DNA of 63,562 bases from Octopus bimaculoides (taxonomy: Eukaryota). Both the position numbers and the translations under genes were made by a program. The notes beneath the pieces are model-generated. The model was not told the DNA's origin and did not search any database. It saw only the letters and a program-made list of their open reading frames with translations. The stretch lies in assembly GCF_001194135.2 (NCBI RefSeq), contig NC_068985.1, positions 108,596,310-108,659,871 of the forward strand. Reading direction: 5' to 3'. Position 1 is the stretch's first letter. Every line of letters begins with the position of its first letter. Below, piece by piece: positions 12,458 to 24,998 of the stretch.

Positions 12458-13225
12458 NNNNNNNNNNNNNNNNNNNNNNNNNNNNNNNNNNNNNNNNNNN
12501 NNNNNNNNNNNNNNNNNNNNNNNNNNNNNNNNNNNNNNNNNNNNNNNNNNNNNNNNNNNNNNNNNNNNNNNNNNNNNNNNNNNNNNNNNNNNNNNNNNNN
12601 NNNNNNNNNNNNNNNNNNNNNNNNNNNNNNNNNNNNNNNNNNNNNNNNNNNNNNNNNNNNNNNNNNNNNNNNNNNNNNNNNNNNNNNNNNNNNNNNNNNN
12701 NNNNNNNNNNNNNNNNNNNNNNNNNNNNNNNNNNNNNNNNNNNNNNNNNNNNNNNNNNNNNNNNNNNNNNNNNNNNNNNNNNNNNNNNNNNNNNNNNNNN
12801 NNNNNNNNNNNNNNNNNNNNNNNNNNNNNNNNNNNNNNNNNNNNNNNNNNNNNNNNNNNNNNNNNNNNNNNNNNNNNNNNNNNNNNNNNNNNNNNNNNNN
12901 NNNNNNNNNNNNNNNNNNNNNNNNNNNNNNNNNNNNNNNNNNNNNNNNNNNNNNNNNNNNNNNNNNNNNNNNNNNNNNNNNNNNNNNNNNNNNNNNNNNN
13001 NNNNNNNNNNNNNNNNNNNNNNNNNNNNNNNNNNNNNNNNNNNNNNNNNNNNNNNNNNNNNNNNNNNNNNNNNNNNNNNNNNNNNNNNNNNNNNNNNNNN
13101 NNNNNNNNNNNNNNNNNNNNNNNNNNNNNNNNNNNNNNNNNNNNNNNNNNNNNNNNNNNNNNNNNNNNNNNNNNNNNNNNNNNNNNNNNNNNNNNNNNNN
13201 NNNNNNNNNNNNNNNNNNNNNNNNN

Positions 13226-13271
<46 letters not shown>

Positions 13272-13289
13272 CATGCATGTATGTGTGTG

Positions 13290-13510
13290 TATATGTTTGT
13301 ATGTCTGTGTTTGTCTCCCCCAACATCGCTTGACAACCGATGGTAGTGTGTTTACGCCCCCGTAACTTAGCGGTTCGGCCAAGGGTCCGATAGAATAAGT
13401 ATTAGGTTTACAAAGAATAAGTCCTGGGGTTGATTTGCTCGATCAAAGGCGGTGCTCCAGCATGGCCGCAGTCAAACGACTGAAACAAGTAAAAGAGTAA
13501 ATGAGTAGAG
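13290..13510 (+). mobile_element. Family C SINE 3' half
   Basis: TGTCTCCCCAACATCGCTTGACAACCGATG...GGCGGTGCTCCAGCATGGCCGCAGTCAAACGACTGAAACAAGTAAAAGAGTAAA. A further partial copy lies at about 13965-14115. Confidence 0.85.
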
Positions 13511-13870
13511 TATTAAACATTTTTACTGTTCCTCGTAAAAAATGTTCGTATTAGGTGGTATCTTTCTTTAAATGAAACATCCTAAATTATCCAGATTTTT
13601 CACTGTCATTTACTAACATAACAAAATGCATTGATATTTACTGACCCTAGTTTATATCTACAATCAGTCTCGCAAAGCAATGTATATGTATGTTCGTATC
13701 TATGTGTGAATGTACATATGTTTATACGTATCTATGTATCACTGTATAACATTTCCCTGTTACAAATATGGTCCCTAGGTTTTATGTTGGAGATAGCACA
13801 TAAGAATCACATATGGAAAGCGTCAAGTTGGATGTGCTTTGTATCAGGGTCGAAGATTCGGTTGTGTGTA

Positions 13871-13929
<59 letters not shown>

Positions 13930-14420
13930 ATATATGTATGTATGTATGCATGCATGTATGTATATCTGTGAGAATCTGTTTCTGTTTATCCTCGGCCACC
14001 GTTTGACAACCGGTGTTAGATTTTTTACGTCCCCCCCGTAACGTAGCAGTACGGTAAAGAGATACCGATAGCTTTGAATGAGGCTAAAAATATATAAGCA
14101 GTTTAAGAGTAAAAGACATTCATGCATACTGCCGCGTGTTTATGTAAAAATAAGTAGATAAAATAAGAACCATTTGATCAGAGGCGTCGATGTAATTGAC
14201 TTACCCATCTCTCGAAATTACTGGCCTTGTGCCAAAATTTTTATCTAATATGTATGCATATGCATGTGTTTCTCTGTCACTCTCTGTCTATCTGCCTCGT
14301 TCTTCCCCTATGTGTATGTGTGTATGCATGAATATATGCTTGAGAACACACATCTATGCACGTCTATAGCACGTATGTTGTTATGTAGTTATTTGTGAAT
14401 GTTGGAGTTAATTTATATGT

Positions 14421-14803
14421 TGTTGGCACTCCGTCGCTTACGACGTCGAGGGTTCCAGTCGATCCGATCAACGGAACAGCCTGCTCGTGGAATTAACGTG
14501 CAAGTGGCTGAGCGCTCCACAGACACGTGTAGCCTTAACGTAGTCCTCGGGGATATTCAGCGTGACACAGTGTGAGTAGGCTGACCCTTTGAATTACAGG
14601 CACAACAGAAACAAGAAGTAAGAGTGAGAGAAAGTTGTGGTGGAAGAGTACAGCAGGGTTCGCCACCATCCCCTGCCGGCGCCTCGTAGAGCTTTTAGGT
14701 ATTTTCGCTCAATAAACACTCACAACGCCCGGTCTGGGAAACGAAACCGCGATCCTGTGACCACGAGTCTGCTGCCCTAACCACTGGGCCATTGCGCCTC
14801 CAC
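14421..14803 (-). mobile_element. Full-length young family B SINE (tRNA head, RTE-like tail) with 17-bp TSD
   Basis: TSD GGAGTTAATTTATATGT at 14404-14420 and 14804-14820; the minus-strand tail ends GGAGTGCCAACA. Confidence 0.92.
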
Positions 14804-15037
14804 GGAGTTAATTTATATGTGATAGGTATAATAAGTATTATCTTCGAAGTGAATATCTCCTGCCTATCTTTGTTAGATGACACACACAAGCGATATGTCG
14901 ATTGTTTAACCACATGAAGGCATTAACGTAATTTAGGAGTCTTGTTAAAGTTGGCTTCAGGTACTTATCATACCTAATATCTGTGTGTATATGTTTATGT
15001 GTCTATCTCTCTTTGTAGTTTTGAAAGTGTGTTTGTT

Positions 15038-15154
<117 letters not shown>

Positions 15155-15844
15155 CGAGCAAAACATTCCTTCAGCCTTTTGAATGCTCACATCTACCGTG
15201 TTATTCCACACCATGTCGTGCATACTTAAAGACGTACACATACATGCGTCTGCTCGCGGACACGTATATACGTACACACACACACACACACAGAGTAGAG
15301 CATACAGCAGAAATATACGTGTATGAATGTATGTGTGTTGCTTATGTTTATATAGGTAATTATTGACCGAACAATCTGTAAATTTAGCAACTCTTAATTA
15401 ACCTCCTTTTACCTGCCTCTTGTGGACGGTCAGTTTTGCTGGGGAAGAATAGTGGTAGATGAGACGGAGACGGCGTCGATGACGAAGAAGAGGGAAGAGA
15501 AGAAGAAGAAAGAGGAGGAGAAGAAGAAAAGGAAAAGAAGAATGAGAGAAGAGTATAAAGAAGGTGGGGAAGAAAAGTTGTAGTAGTAGCAGTGTTAATA
15601 TTAGTAGTAGTAGTTGTAGAAGTTGTAGAATAAAAAGGAGAATAAGAGAAAGAAAGTGTGAAGAAGAAGAGAGTGAGAAGAAGAAAAGTCAGGGGGAGAA
15701 GAAGAGGAGGGGAGAAGATGCGATAAAAGTAGGAAAAAAATATAGTAGGCTGTCAGAAACAAGCCTCATGACAGCAGACGGTCAGCCCTCAATAACAATA
15801 ACATCAACAACAAAAATTTAAAAAATGATAATGGATCGTAGCAG

Positions 15845-15984
15845 GTAAGTAAAAACAGAAAAGTAAACTAAACAATGACCTAAAGGTATGTGGTAATGGT
15901 GTATATATATATTGACAGCAGCAAGAGGTCAGACAGTCAATTGTCCAGGGAACGTTTACGTAAACTTACTAACATTTTCTCTAG
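15845..15984 (+). other. Candidate 140-nt 5'-UTR intron of the S-crystallin gene
   Basis: Consensus donor CAG|GTAAGT at 15845 and a good acceptor 20 nt before the ATG. The true upstream donor could lie further 5'. Confidence 0.4.
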
Positions 15985-16004
15985 TTCAGCTTATTTGCTT
16001 TAAA

Positions 16005-16137
16005 ATGACCAGGTACACTCTGTATTATTTCAATGGGCGCGGCCGTGCTGAAGTTTGCCGTATGCTGTTTGTTTTAGCCGATGTTCAATTTACTGACGTT
16101 CGAGTTGAATATTCAGAATGGAATCGATTTATGACCA
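16005..16137 (+). CDS. S-crystallin/GST coding exon 1 ([20 protein letters not shown]...WNRFMT)
   Basis: ATG in context TAAAATGA; acceptor TTTTCTCTAG ends at 15984; donor A|GTGAGT at 16138; GST N-terminal motif. Confidence 0.95.
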
Positions 16138-16383
16138 GTGAGTATTCTATTATTCTTTTATTCTATCATCCTTTTATTGTTAGCCTTATTTTTATTTTGT
16201 ACTTGCTTCAGTCGTTGGACTGAGTCTTGAAGAGATTATCCGAATAAATTGCATCCGCCGGCACTCTTTTTGTTTTTTTCAAGTCTGATACATATTTCTA
16301 TCGTTCTCATTTTGCTGAATCGTTTGACTACCGGTGTTGACTTAAACAAACCAGCACCGGTTATCAAGAAAAGACACAGGCAC

Positions 16384-16440
<57 letters not shown>

Positions 16441-17969
16441 CATATTCGAGGGCGTCCGCACAGTTTCCGCCAGCAAATTCACTTACACGACATTAGTCAG
16501 CTCAGGAGTGCTGTAGTAGATACTGCGCTGTGGGTCTGAACCAAAAATCAAGTGGTTGCGAAGTGAACTTCTTAACCACCTGTTGTCATTTCAGTAGAGA
16601 CCAAAGAATTGTTACTAATGTTGTTGGGTGAATCAAGCTTAGCACGGATCGGAACTAGAAAGCTCAAATACAGATTTAAGTTTACCAGTTGTACTATGTT
16701 CATGCCTCCATCTGGCTCAGTGGCATCGTGCGAAACATGTAACATACCTTCGGCTAAAGCAATCTCATGTATATAATATGACCACTCCGTGCAGTCCGAA
16801 CATCCGACACACCACACGCCACACCAGTGGTCCTGCTGTGATTATCCGGATTATCCGAAGTGATAATTCACTTTATGCGATTTATCGTATTGAGTGAAAT
16901 GTAGCGGTCCAACGTGTTATATTATTTCCGTTGTACAGTATATTTCTGCACGCCAGCAGGTTCAGTTGATTGCGAACAAGGTGGACTAGGTAAGGATGCA
17001 TCTGCTTCTGCTCCTCTGCACTCATTGAAACTAATGTGCAAACCAGTAGGGTGTTGGAGTCTAGTGAACCCATACCAATTACAACATGAGTTTCTGGTTG
17101 ATTTTATTGAGTGGTTGAAATACATATTTTTAGAAGGCTCTTCTAGCAGTTCCTGTGTGATTTGTATGTACCTAAGTGTTTGGAAGTTATATTTTATGTA
17201 GTAGAGGTACTAGGCGCAATGGCCCAGTGGTTAGGGCAGCGGACTCGTGGTCATAGGATCGCGGTTTTGATTCTCAGACCGGGCGTTGTGAGTGTTTATT
17301 GAGCGAAAACACCTAAAGCGCCACGAGGGTCCGGCAGGGGATGGTGGCGAACCCTGCTGTACTCTTCCACCTCAACTTTCTCTCAATCTTTCTTCCTGTT
17401 TCTGTTTGCATTTGACAACGTAATCTGAATGCTAAAGGGTTAAAGCTCTGTTTTCCATGCTGGTATGGGCTGGACTTGTATTTGTCGTATTTTTTGTTTC
17501 TTAGTGTGCAATGTCAGTGGGCGTGGTCTTCGCTCGCACTCTGCTAATGTCACAGTTCATTGTTCTGCATGCTTTGTGGCTTATTGTGGTTTGTCCTCGA
17601 GAGAACGATTAAGTGCCAAAGAAAGATTGGAATAGTCTATGATGGATATAATGTATTGTTTGTACACCGTCGCTGTTCTCTGATTCCAGATCAATCATAA
17701 ACGAACGGTTTTATGATTAAACGCGCTCAGGCTTTGACAAACCAAATTTGTGTTTGTTGTGCATGATTACAATGTGCAGCATACCACTGATTCTCTGCTT
17801 GTTTTCTTTCTTTCTTTGTATATATATTAAGATGATATTTCAAGTTTCAGAGTATTTTGTCTTCTATTACGTGTCGGTGTCGATATATCGGGTACCAACC
17901 TTATCGTCTTCACTTGATCGGAAAGGCATGCAAAAATTATGGGCGTTAACCATCCTCCCCAGAAAATAG

Positions 17970-18031
<62 letters not shown>

Positions 18032-18711
18032 GTCGTCGTCGTCGTCGTCGTTGTCGTCGTCATCAACATCATCATCATTATCATCATCATTAGTAGTAGT
18101 AGTAATAGCAGCAGTAGCAGCTGTGTTAGCGAATTTTCCTAAACAGTAATGTTTCTGGATTGAAAACATTTATAGCAATGTTTTTTTTTTCGTTTGTTTT
18201 TCTGTATAAAAAAAAAAAAACGTTGCAGGGGTTGAATTTCTTTTGTAATCAACGAAGGGTATAAACAAGAATACCACTCATTTACACTGCGGTTGATTTA
18301 ATCGATTACACACGCATACACACACGCTTATATATAAATCAAAGCATTAGACATTCCGCCTATGCTCGAAATTCTTCTCAAAAGCGGCGTGATGGTACAA
18401 TCAGGGTAAGCGCTTAGAGGCATTTCTTTCATATTTTCGTTCAAATTTCGCTGAGATCGACTTTGCTTTCAGCCTTTCGAGATAAACACGATAAGTACCA
18501 GTTGAGCACTAGGGTTAATCTAATCGACTTATCCCTTCACCCCCGAAATTGCCGACCTTCTCCCAAAATTTGAAACGATTTTCTTTTCTTTTTTATCATT
18601 TCATTACATGTAAACCTCCACAGTTTATGCCTGTCTCTGTATTGTCCCCCGCCCCTCATCTTTTGCCCTTATGGCAAATAAATGAAATTATTTTTATCGT
18701 TTCTACGTATC

Positions 18712-18756
<45 letters not shown>

Positions 18757-19018
18757 TATTATTATTATTATTATTATTATTATCATCATCATTTTTATTA
18801 TTGTTCGGTGGCGAGTTGGCAGAATCGCTAGCATGCCGGGCAAAATGCTTAGCGGCATTTCGTTGGTCTTCATGTTTTGAATGCAAATTCCGCTGAGGTC
18901 GACTTTGCTTTTCATCCTTTCTGGGTCGATAAATTAAGTACCAGTGAAACACTAGAGTCAATGTAATCGTCTAGTCCCCTGCTCCCAAATTTCAGGCCTT
19001 GTGCCTTTAGTAGAAAAG

Positions 19019-19078
<60 letters not shown>

Positions 19079-19636
19079 GAGTGAGACAGCAGTGCATGCC
19101 ATCAAACTGACACTGGGTGGGGGGATATAAGAAGCCCAGTATACCTATCATGACTACCCCTCTGATAGGGGTACACCAGGGAAATGCATCACAACCATAT
19201 GTGCTTGACATAGTGATCTCATATCAAGATAAACAGCACATGACCTTGCAGGTGGGGCCTAGTTTGAACTTCCTTCAGGTACAGTAGTCTATCCCACTCG
19301 AACGGTCCTTGAATAAGGGCTGTTTAAGGATGTTGAACAAAAGACCCATGTTTCCAAAGGTGAATTATCTACATCCCAAAGAATTCCTCTCAACACTTGG
19401 CTATGGTGCTTCCCCCACTACTTCTGCTCGTGATCAGAGATGCACATATCATTAGCCACCAAAAGACATATTCAACTGGTCATGATCAAGAAACTGACGA
19501 GCATATCTGTGGTATTGAGCAGAATATTTGCTGCAGCATATCTTTTATACCAAGACAAAACAATGTACATGATAACACTTCCAATCAATTAGGATCAGAA
19601 GCCATGAGAGCCGCTGACGGGTACTGCATCAGGGCA

Positions 19637-19729
<93 letters not shown>

Positions 19730-19929
19730 TCACTATTGAAGCGGTGAGCTGGCAGAATCGTCAGTACGCTGGACGAATTGCTTTGCGGTATTTCGCTCGT
19801 CACTACGTTCTGAGTTCAAATTCCGCCGAGGTCATCCTTTCGGGGTCGATAAATTAAGAACCAGCGAAACACTGGGGTTGATGTGATCAACTACTCTCCT
19901 CCCCTCAAAGCAGTTGGCCTTGTACCAAA

Positions 19930-19979
<50 letters not shown>

Positions 19980-22900
19980 AGCTGTTGTTGATGTTTTCTC
20001 CTTCAGAACTATCATCGCCAATGTTACCAGTATTAGAGACTGACACTGGATTAACAATGCCTCAGAGTATGGCCATAGCACGGTTTTTAGCCCGTGAATT
20101 CGGTAAGTTGACATGGTGTGGGATGCACACCTATCTGTATATATAGATGTGCTAACGCGCGCGCGCGCGCGCGTGTGTGTGTATGTGTGTGTTGGTCTAT
20201 ATGCGTGTGTGTATAAGAGAGAGATAGAGAAAAAGAGAGAAATATAGAGCGAGAGTGAGTGAATTCTTTTGTATCTCTGTGCATACGTATGCAGGTATAT
20301 TATGCTGCATTGCTCTGTTGTAAATGAAGGAGTGCAGTTTTATATATTTTCGTCTTACAGTCAATTTCCAGCAGAGGTCAAATGCTTGTTTGTGATAAAG
20401 GCCGAACTTTTACAACTTACACTTTGATAATATACTCAACAAATAAACGAGCAATGCATAGGTGTCGTAGATAGAGACAGAAAACGTGTAGTAAGAGTAA
20501 AAAAATGCATGCATATCTGCCTAATTTTATTTTAACTCCCCCTGCATATACGTACATAGTAGTGTAATTCGTGAGAAGTTTTAGATTCGTTGTATTACTA
20601 ACTCAGTACTCAATACAGGTAAGACGAATGCAAATGGTTTCCGACTATTGTTTTTTTCAAGAATTTTGTTTAACAATTAGAAATATAATATTTCAGCAGG
20701 CAGATAAGAGTAAAAAATCTGGAAGAATTTTCGATCAGGTAACTGCCACATGCTTCACTATGTCATAACTAAGAGTTACAATTACAGTGAAGAGAGATTA
20801 ATTAGAGCTCATAACACTCCCGACTGTTTCTCCAATCACAGAATGGTCTGTAGTAAGGTATTTATCAAATCATATAAAGAGGCCATTGAAATCCAATATA
20901 TTTCCTGAAATAAATGTGTTTTCACTAAAAAAATCCTGAACCGATACAAAATTTTGAAATACATCTAAATTCGAAACTTTAAAATAAAGAGGAAAGTAAT
21001 GGCCCTGAAGTCTTGCGGCATAATCTTCGTGACAGTATCATATATGCTAAAGAAGTTCTAGAAGTATTGAAATTAGTTAAATGAGAATGATTCTCAAATC
21101 AAATCTATCCTAAAAGTTATGCACGAGAGACACAAGACATGAATCTCAAACAAAAACTCACTATCTCTAAGAAAATTGCTGAAACAAATTGAGATGAAAA
21201 ATTCTCGGTTGGTAAAAAGCTCCAGAATTGGAAACCCCCCCCCCCCACAACCTGAGAGAATTGTATCATTATTTGAAGGACGTATATGGTAAGAAAAATG
21301 CACAGTTTCTAAAGACAGGTTGAAAACCTTAGGTAGTACAGACGAAATGCAGAAAAGATGGGCAAAACACTTTAAATCCAAGTTAAATCAAGAATCCACT
21401 ACCGATCCTGAAGTAATCAATGAAACCCTTCAGAGGCCTGTAACTGAGGAACCTGCAGAAGATCTTTCCTTGGAAAAGGTAAGTACTGGTATTGAAACGA
21501 CTTTCCAATGGTAAAGCTTCTGGGCAAGGCAGTATTCCCATAGACGTGTACAGGCATGGTGATAAACAACTCGTAAGAAAGGTACACAAATTCATCTGCT
21601 TGATCTGTTCTCCAATAGTTCAAATGCACTTTACAAAAACATAGGGAAGAAAAATGTACGTGATAATCACTGAGGTGTAAGTTTGTTGTGAAAAACTGGA
21701 AAAATCCTTACCAGGGTGATTCTTAACTGCTTCAATATGCATGTAGTAAACATCATAAATCCAGTATTCCAATATGGATTTTGGGCTGGGAGAGGCACAG
21801 TTGACATGATTTTTGCTGTTAGGAAAGTTCAAGAAACAGTACATGAGTAAAATACTGACTTTTACACGGTCTTTTTTGACTTGACGAAGGCGTTTGATAC
21901 AGTGAATCGTGAGATGCTTTGGAAAACTTTGTACGAAGAAATGATGGCAATAATGATATCTAACGGTCAACTTTCACAAGCATTTTCTGCTTCTACTGGA
22001 ACTAAACACAACAGTGTTTAGCTCCTGCACTTTTCGCCATATTCTTTTCGACGATGTTCCAGCATGCTTTTAAGGATTACCATGATTGTATAAAATTTAA
22101 GTTTCAAAAAGACGCAGGTCTATTAAGCCTAAATGGGCAAAGCTTTACAACAAAGTAAAAACCAGAGAAGAGTTTTTACGCAGTTTACTGTTCGGAGATG
22201 GTTGCACTTTGATTTCTTATACATTTGAAGGAATTCAAGGATTAGCAGACATGTTTGCTGCGGCAGCTCATGCATTTGGGCTGCCTGTAGGCATTAAGAG
22301 GGCTGAAATTTTATTTTCGGGACAGGACATACTCGAGATACAAACGTGCTGATTGAACACATGCCACTCAAATGGGTCAGGGTCCTCTAGTATCTTAGAA
22401 GAACTGTAAAATTTAAGAGCACACTTGAATGGTAGAACATCGAAAGCTACAAGAGCGTTTGTGAAAACTTTCCTATCCTTTCTGGGATGAATAGTATCAG
22501 CTTCAAAATCAAAATGCATATAAATATTTTACTTTGAGCAACATTATTGTATGGTGTAAAAGCATGAATTCCATACTATAGACATATAAAGAAACTTGAA
22601 CCGTTTTACATGCGTTGTCTGCGCAATATCTGCAACATAAAATGACGTGATAAAGTTATCCAATGTCAATATCTTAAGAAAGCGTAATATCTGCACTATC
22701 GAAAACACGCGATTGAGAATTTAGTGCAGTTCAGCAAGGCACGTTGTTCGCATACAAGGTAATAACATTACGAACATTCTATGGTATGTTCAACAAGTAG
22801 TGGGATTCCGCAGCAATGAGAAATCCGTGCTAAGATACAAGTATAAGTTTGCACAATCATTAAAATTACTACAGCTTAATGAAACTGTTTTGGAAAGTTA

Positions 22901-24746
22901 ACCCCTAGATCGATCCAAGGGGCATAACATGTGTCGTGATGTATCTAAACAATTTGAGCTGGAGAAACAGAATTAATCAAAATAATCATTGTCCTGGTTG
23001 TCACTTTATTGCAAACTCTATACCTTGACTCACAATCCATCCACGTATCCATTGCAAAGAGATGCACCTTAGTTTCTTCAAGTCGCTTAATTTTATTTTC
23101 AACCCTTTCCTTCAGACACGAATACGTCGAAATCGACAGGAAGGACCATCATCATTATTAATATAGCTTTCACATTTTGGCACATTTTTTAAAATTATTA
23201 TATTTGATGGCATGTAAATAGGCCTACTCTGAACATGCGCGTTTTGACTGGAAGAAATGAAAGAGAGAGGGATATCTGCCCGAGATGTCGTTGGTGACAG
23301 CGGCTCCAGGATGTTCAGGGATCATGGGTTAGGGTTAGCCCCTCGGTGAAGCTTCCCTTCTTTTGAAGAATTTTGTTGCTTAATATTTTATTGTAATTTA
23401 AGATACCCAGCTGCCAGAATCGTTAACACCCCGGGCAAAATGCTTACCGGCATTTCGTCTGTACTTACGATCTGAGATCAAATTCCGCCGTGGTTGACTT
23501 TGTCTTTCGTCTCTCTCGGGGTCAATAAAGTAAGTATAAGTTGAGTACTGGGGTCGTTGTAATCGACTAAATTTCTTCTCTGTATTGTTATACTTCGTCA
23601 GGTCTTCATGGTCGAAATGGCCAAGAAATATCCAGAGTGGATTACATATGTCAGTGCTTTTATGATATTCTCGACTGCTACATGAAAATGTATCATGAAA
23701 AAGACAGACAACTTCATGTAAGTAACTTTAATCACGGTAAGCAATTAGCAACTAATTACAAAGCTGATTAGCAGTTCATGTAATTAAATCATTTCAGTAG
23801 AGTTCAGCAATTATCTACGAAAATATTTAAATGAGGAATTGATTAGTCAATGATGTTAAATTAACTAATTACACCCTACCTGCTTTTTCTTTCCAGTTGC
23901 CACTACTCATGGCTGACTTCAAATTTCCTGTCTTTCTCTGAATTGCTTTCCATTTTGTTTCTATGAAGTCTTTCATTGTTATTTCTTCTTCTTCCTTGCA
24001 TGTCTGCTTTATTTGTCTTCCATTACTCTCTCCTCTCCTTTTCTCCATATTTCTTCCGCAGATACTTATATTTATTCTAATTTCCCTATTCTTCATTAAC
24101 ATCTTCCTTCACGTTTAGACATCTTTTTTCTTTTCCATTTTTGTTCTTTCTTTCTTTCTTTCTTTGCTTCTTCCTGTTTTATTTCCTGTATCTAATTTTT
24201 CTTTATTCCGATGCTAACTCAGCATCTTACATTTGTTTGTTTGTTTGTTTGTTTGTTTGTTTGTTTGTTTGTTTCTTTGTTTCTTTCTTTTTTCTTTCTT
24301 TCTTTCTCACTACTCTCCCTTTCCATTCTATTCTAGGCGTCTTTTCCTCTCTTGTTTTCTATCCGTCTGTCTGTCTGTCTATCTCAGTCTCTCTCTCTCT
24401 CCCTCTCTTTGACTATCTTACTCTTCTAGTTCAAAAGTAGCATCTTTCTTTCCTTTTTTTCTTTTTTCTTCCTTCTCCCCCTTCTCCATCCCCCTCTCCT
24501 CCACCGACCCTCTCCTCCTCTCCTCCACCGACCCTCTCCCCTTTCATCCACCACCCCTCTTGTCTCTCCGCTTTCGTTTTCACTACAGAAATCGTATCAT
24601 CCTTTTCTCTCTTTTGTTTTCATTTTACTTTGTTTCTCTTTCTTGTTCTCTTCCGCCGTATTCTGCCATTAACCATCCGCCTCATACTTATTTGCAACTT
24701 ACTCAACACTGCGATCCAAGACAACAAGGGAGCATCTTGCCTTTAG

Positions 24747-24790
<44 letters not shown>

Positions 24791-24959
24791 TACGCACGGA
24801 CACACACAATCACACACTCTCACGTACACACAGATACACATTCACACAGACAAACAGAGAACACTTACAGACACAGACACACAGACACAGGCACACAGTC
24901 AGACACACTCACAAACAGACACACACACGGACACACACAAACACACAAACAGACAGAGC

Positions 24960-24998
<39 letters not shown>

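Noticed and set aside
15760-15925. TGACAGCAG and GGTCAGC motifs as ARE/AP-1 or Maf sites like those in squid crystallin promoters
   Set aside because: They do not fit TGACnnnGC, TGA(C/G)TCA or TGCTGA consensus, and the TSS is unknown.
15912-16223. 103-aa ORF as a stand-alone gene, or an N-terminal extension of the GST
   Set aside because: Only 16005-16137 is GST-like. The ORF begins at a non-ATG codon upstream of a splice acceptor and runs past the donor into the intron. The same applies to ORF 19883-20146 around exon 2.
23325-23341. GGGTTAGGGTTAG telomere-like repeat
   Set aside because: Only two units, too short to call an interstitial telomeric sequence.
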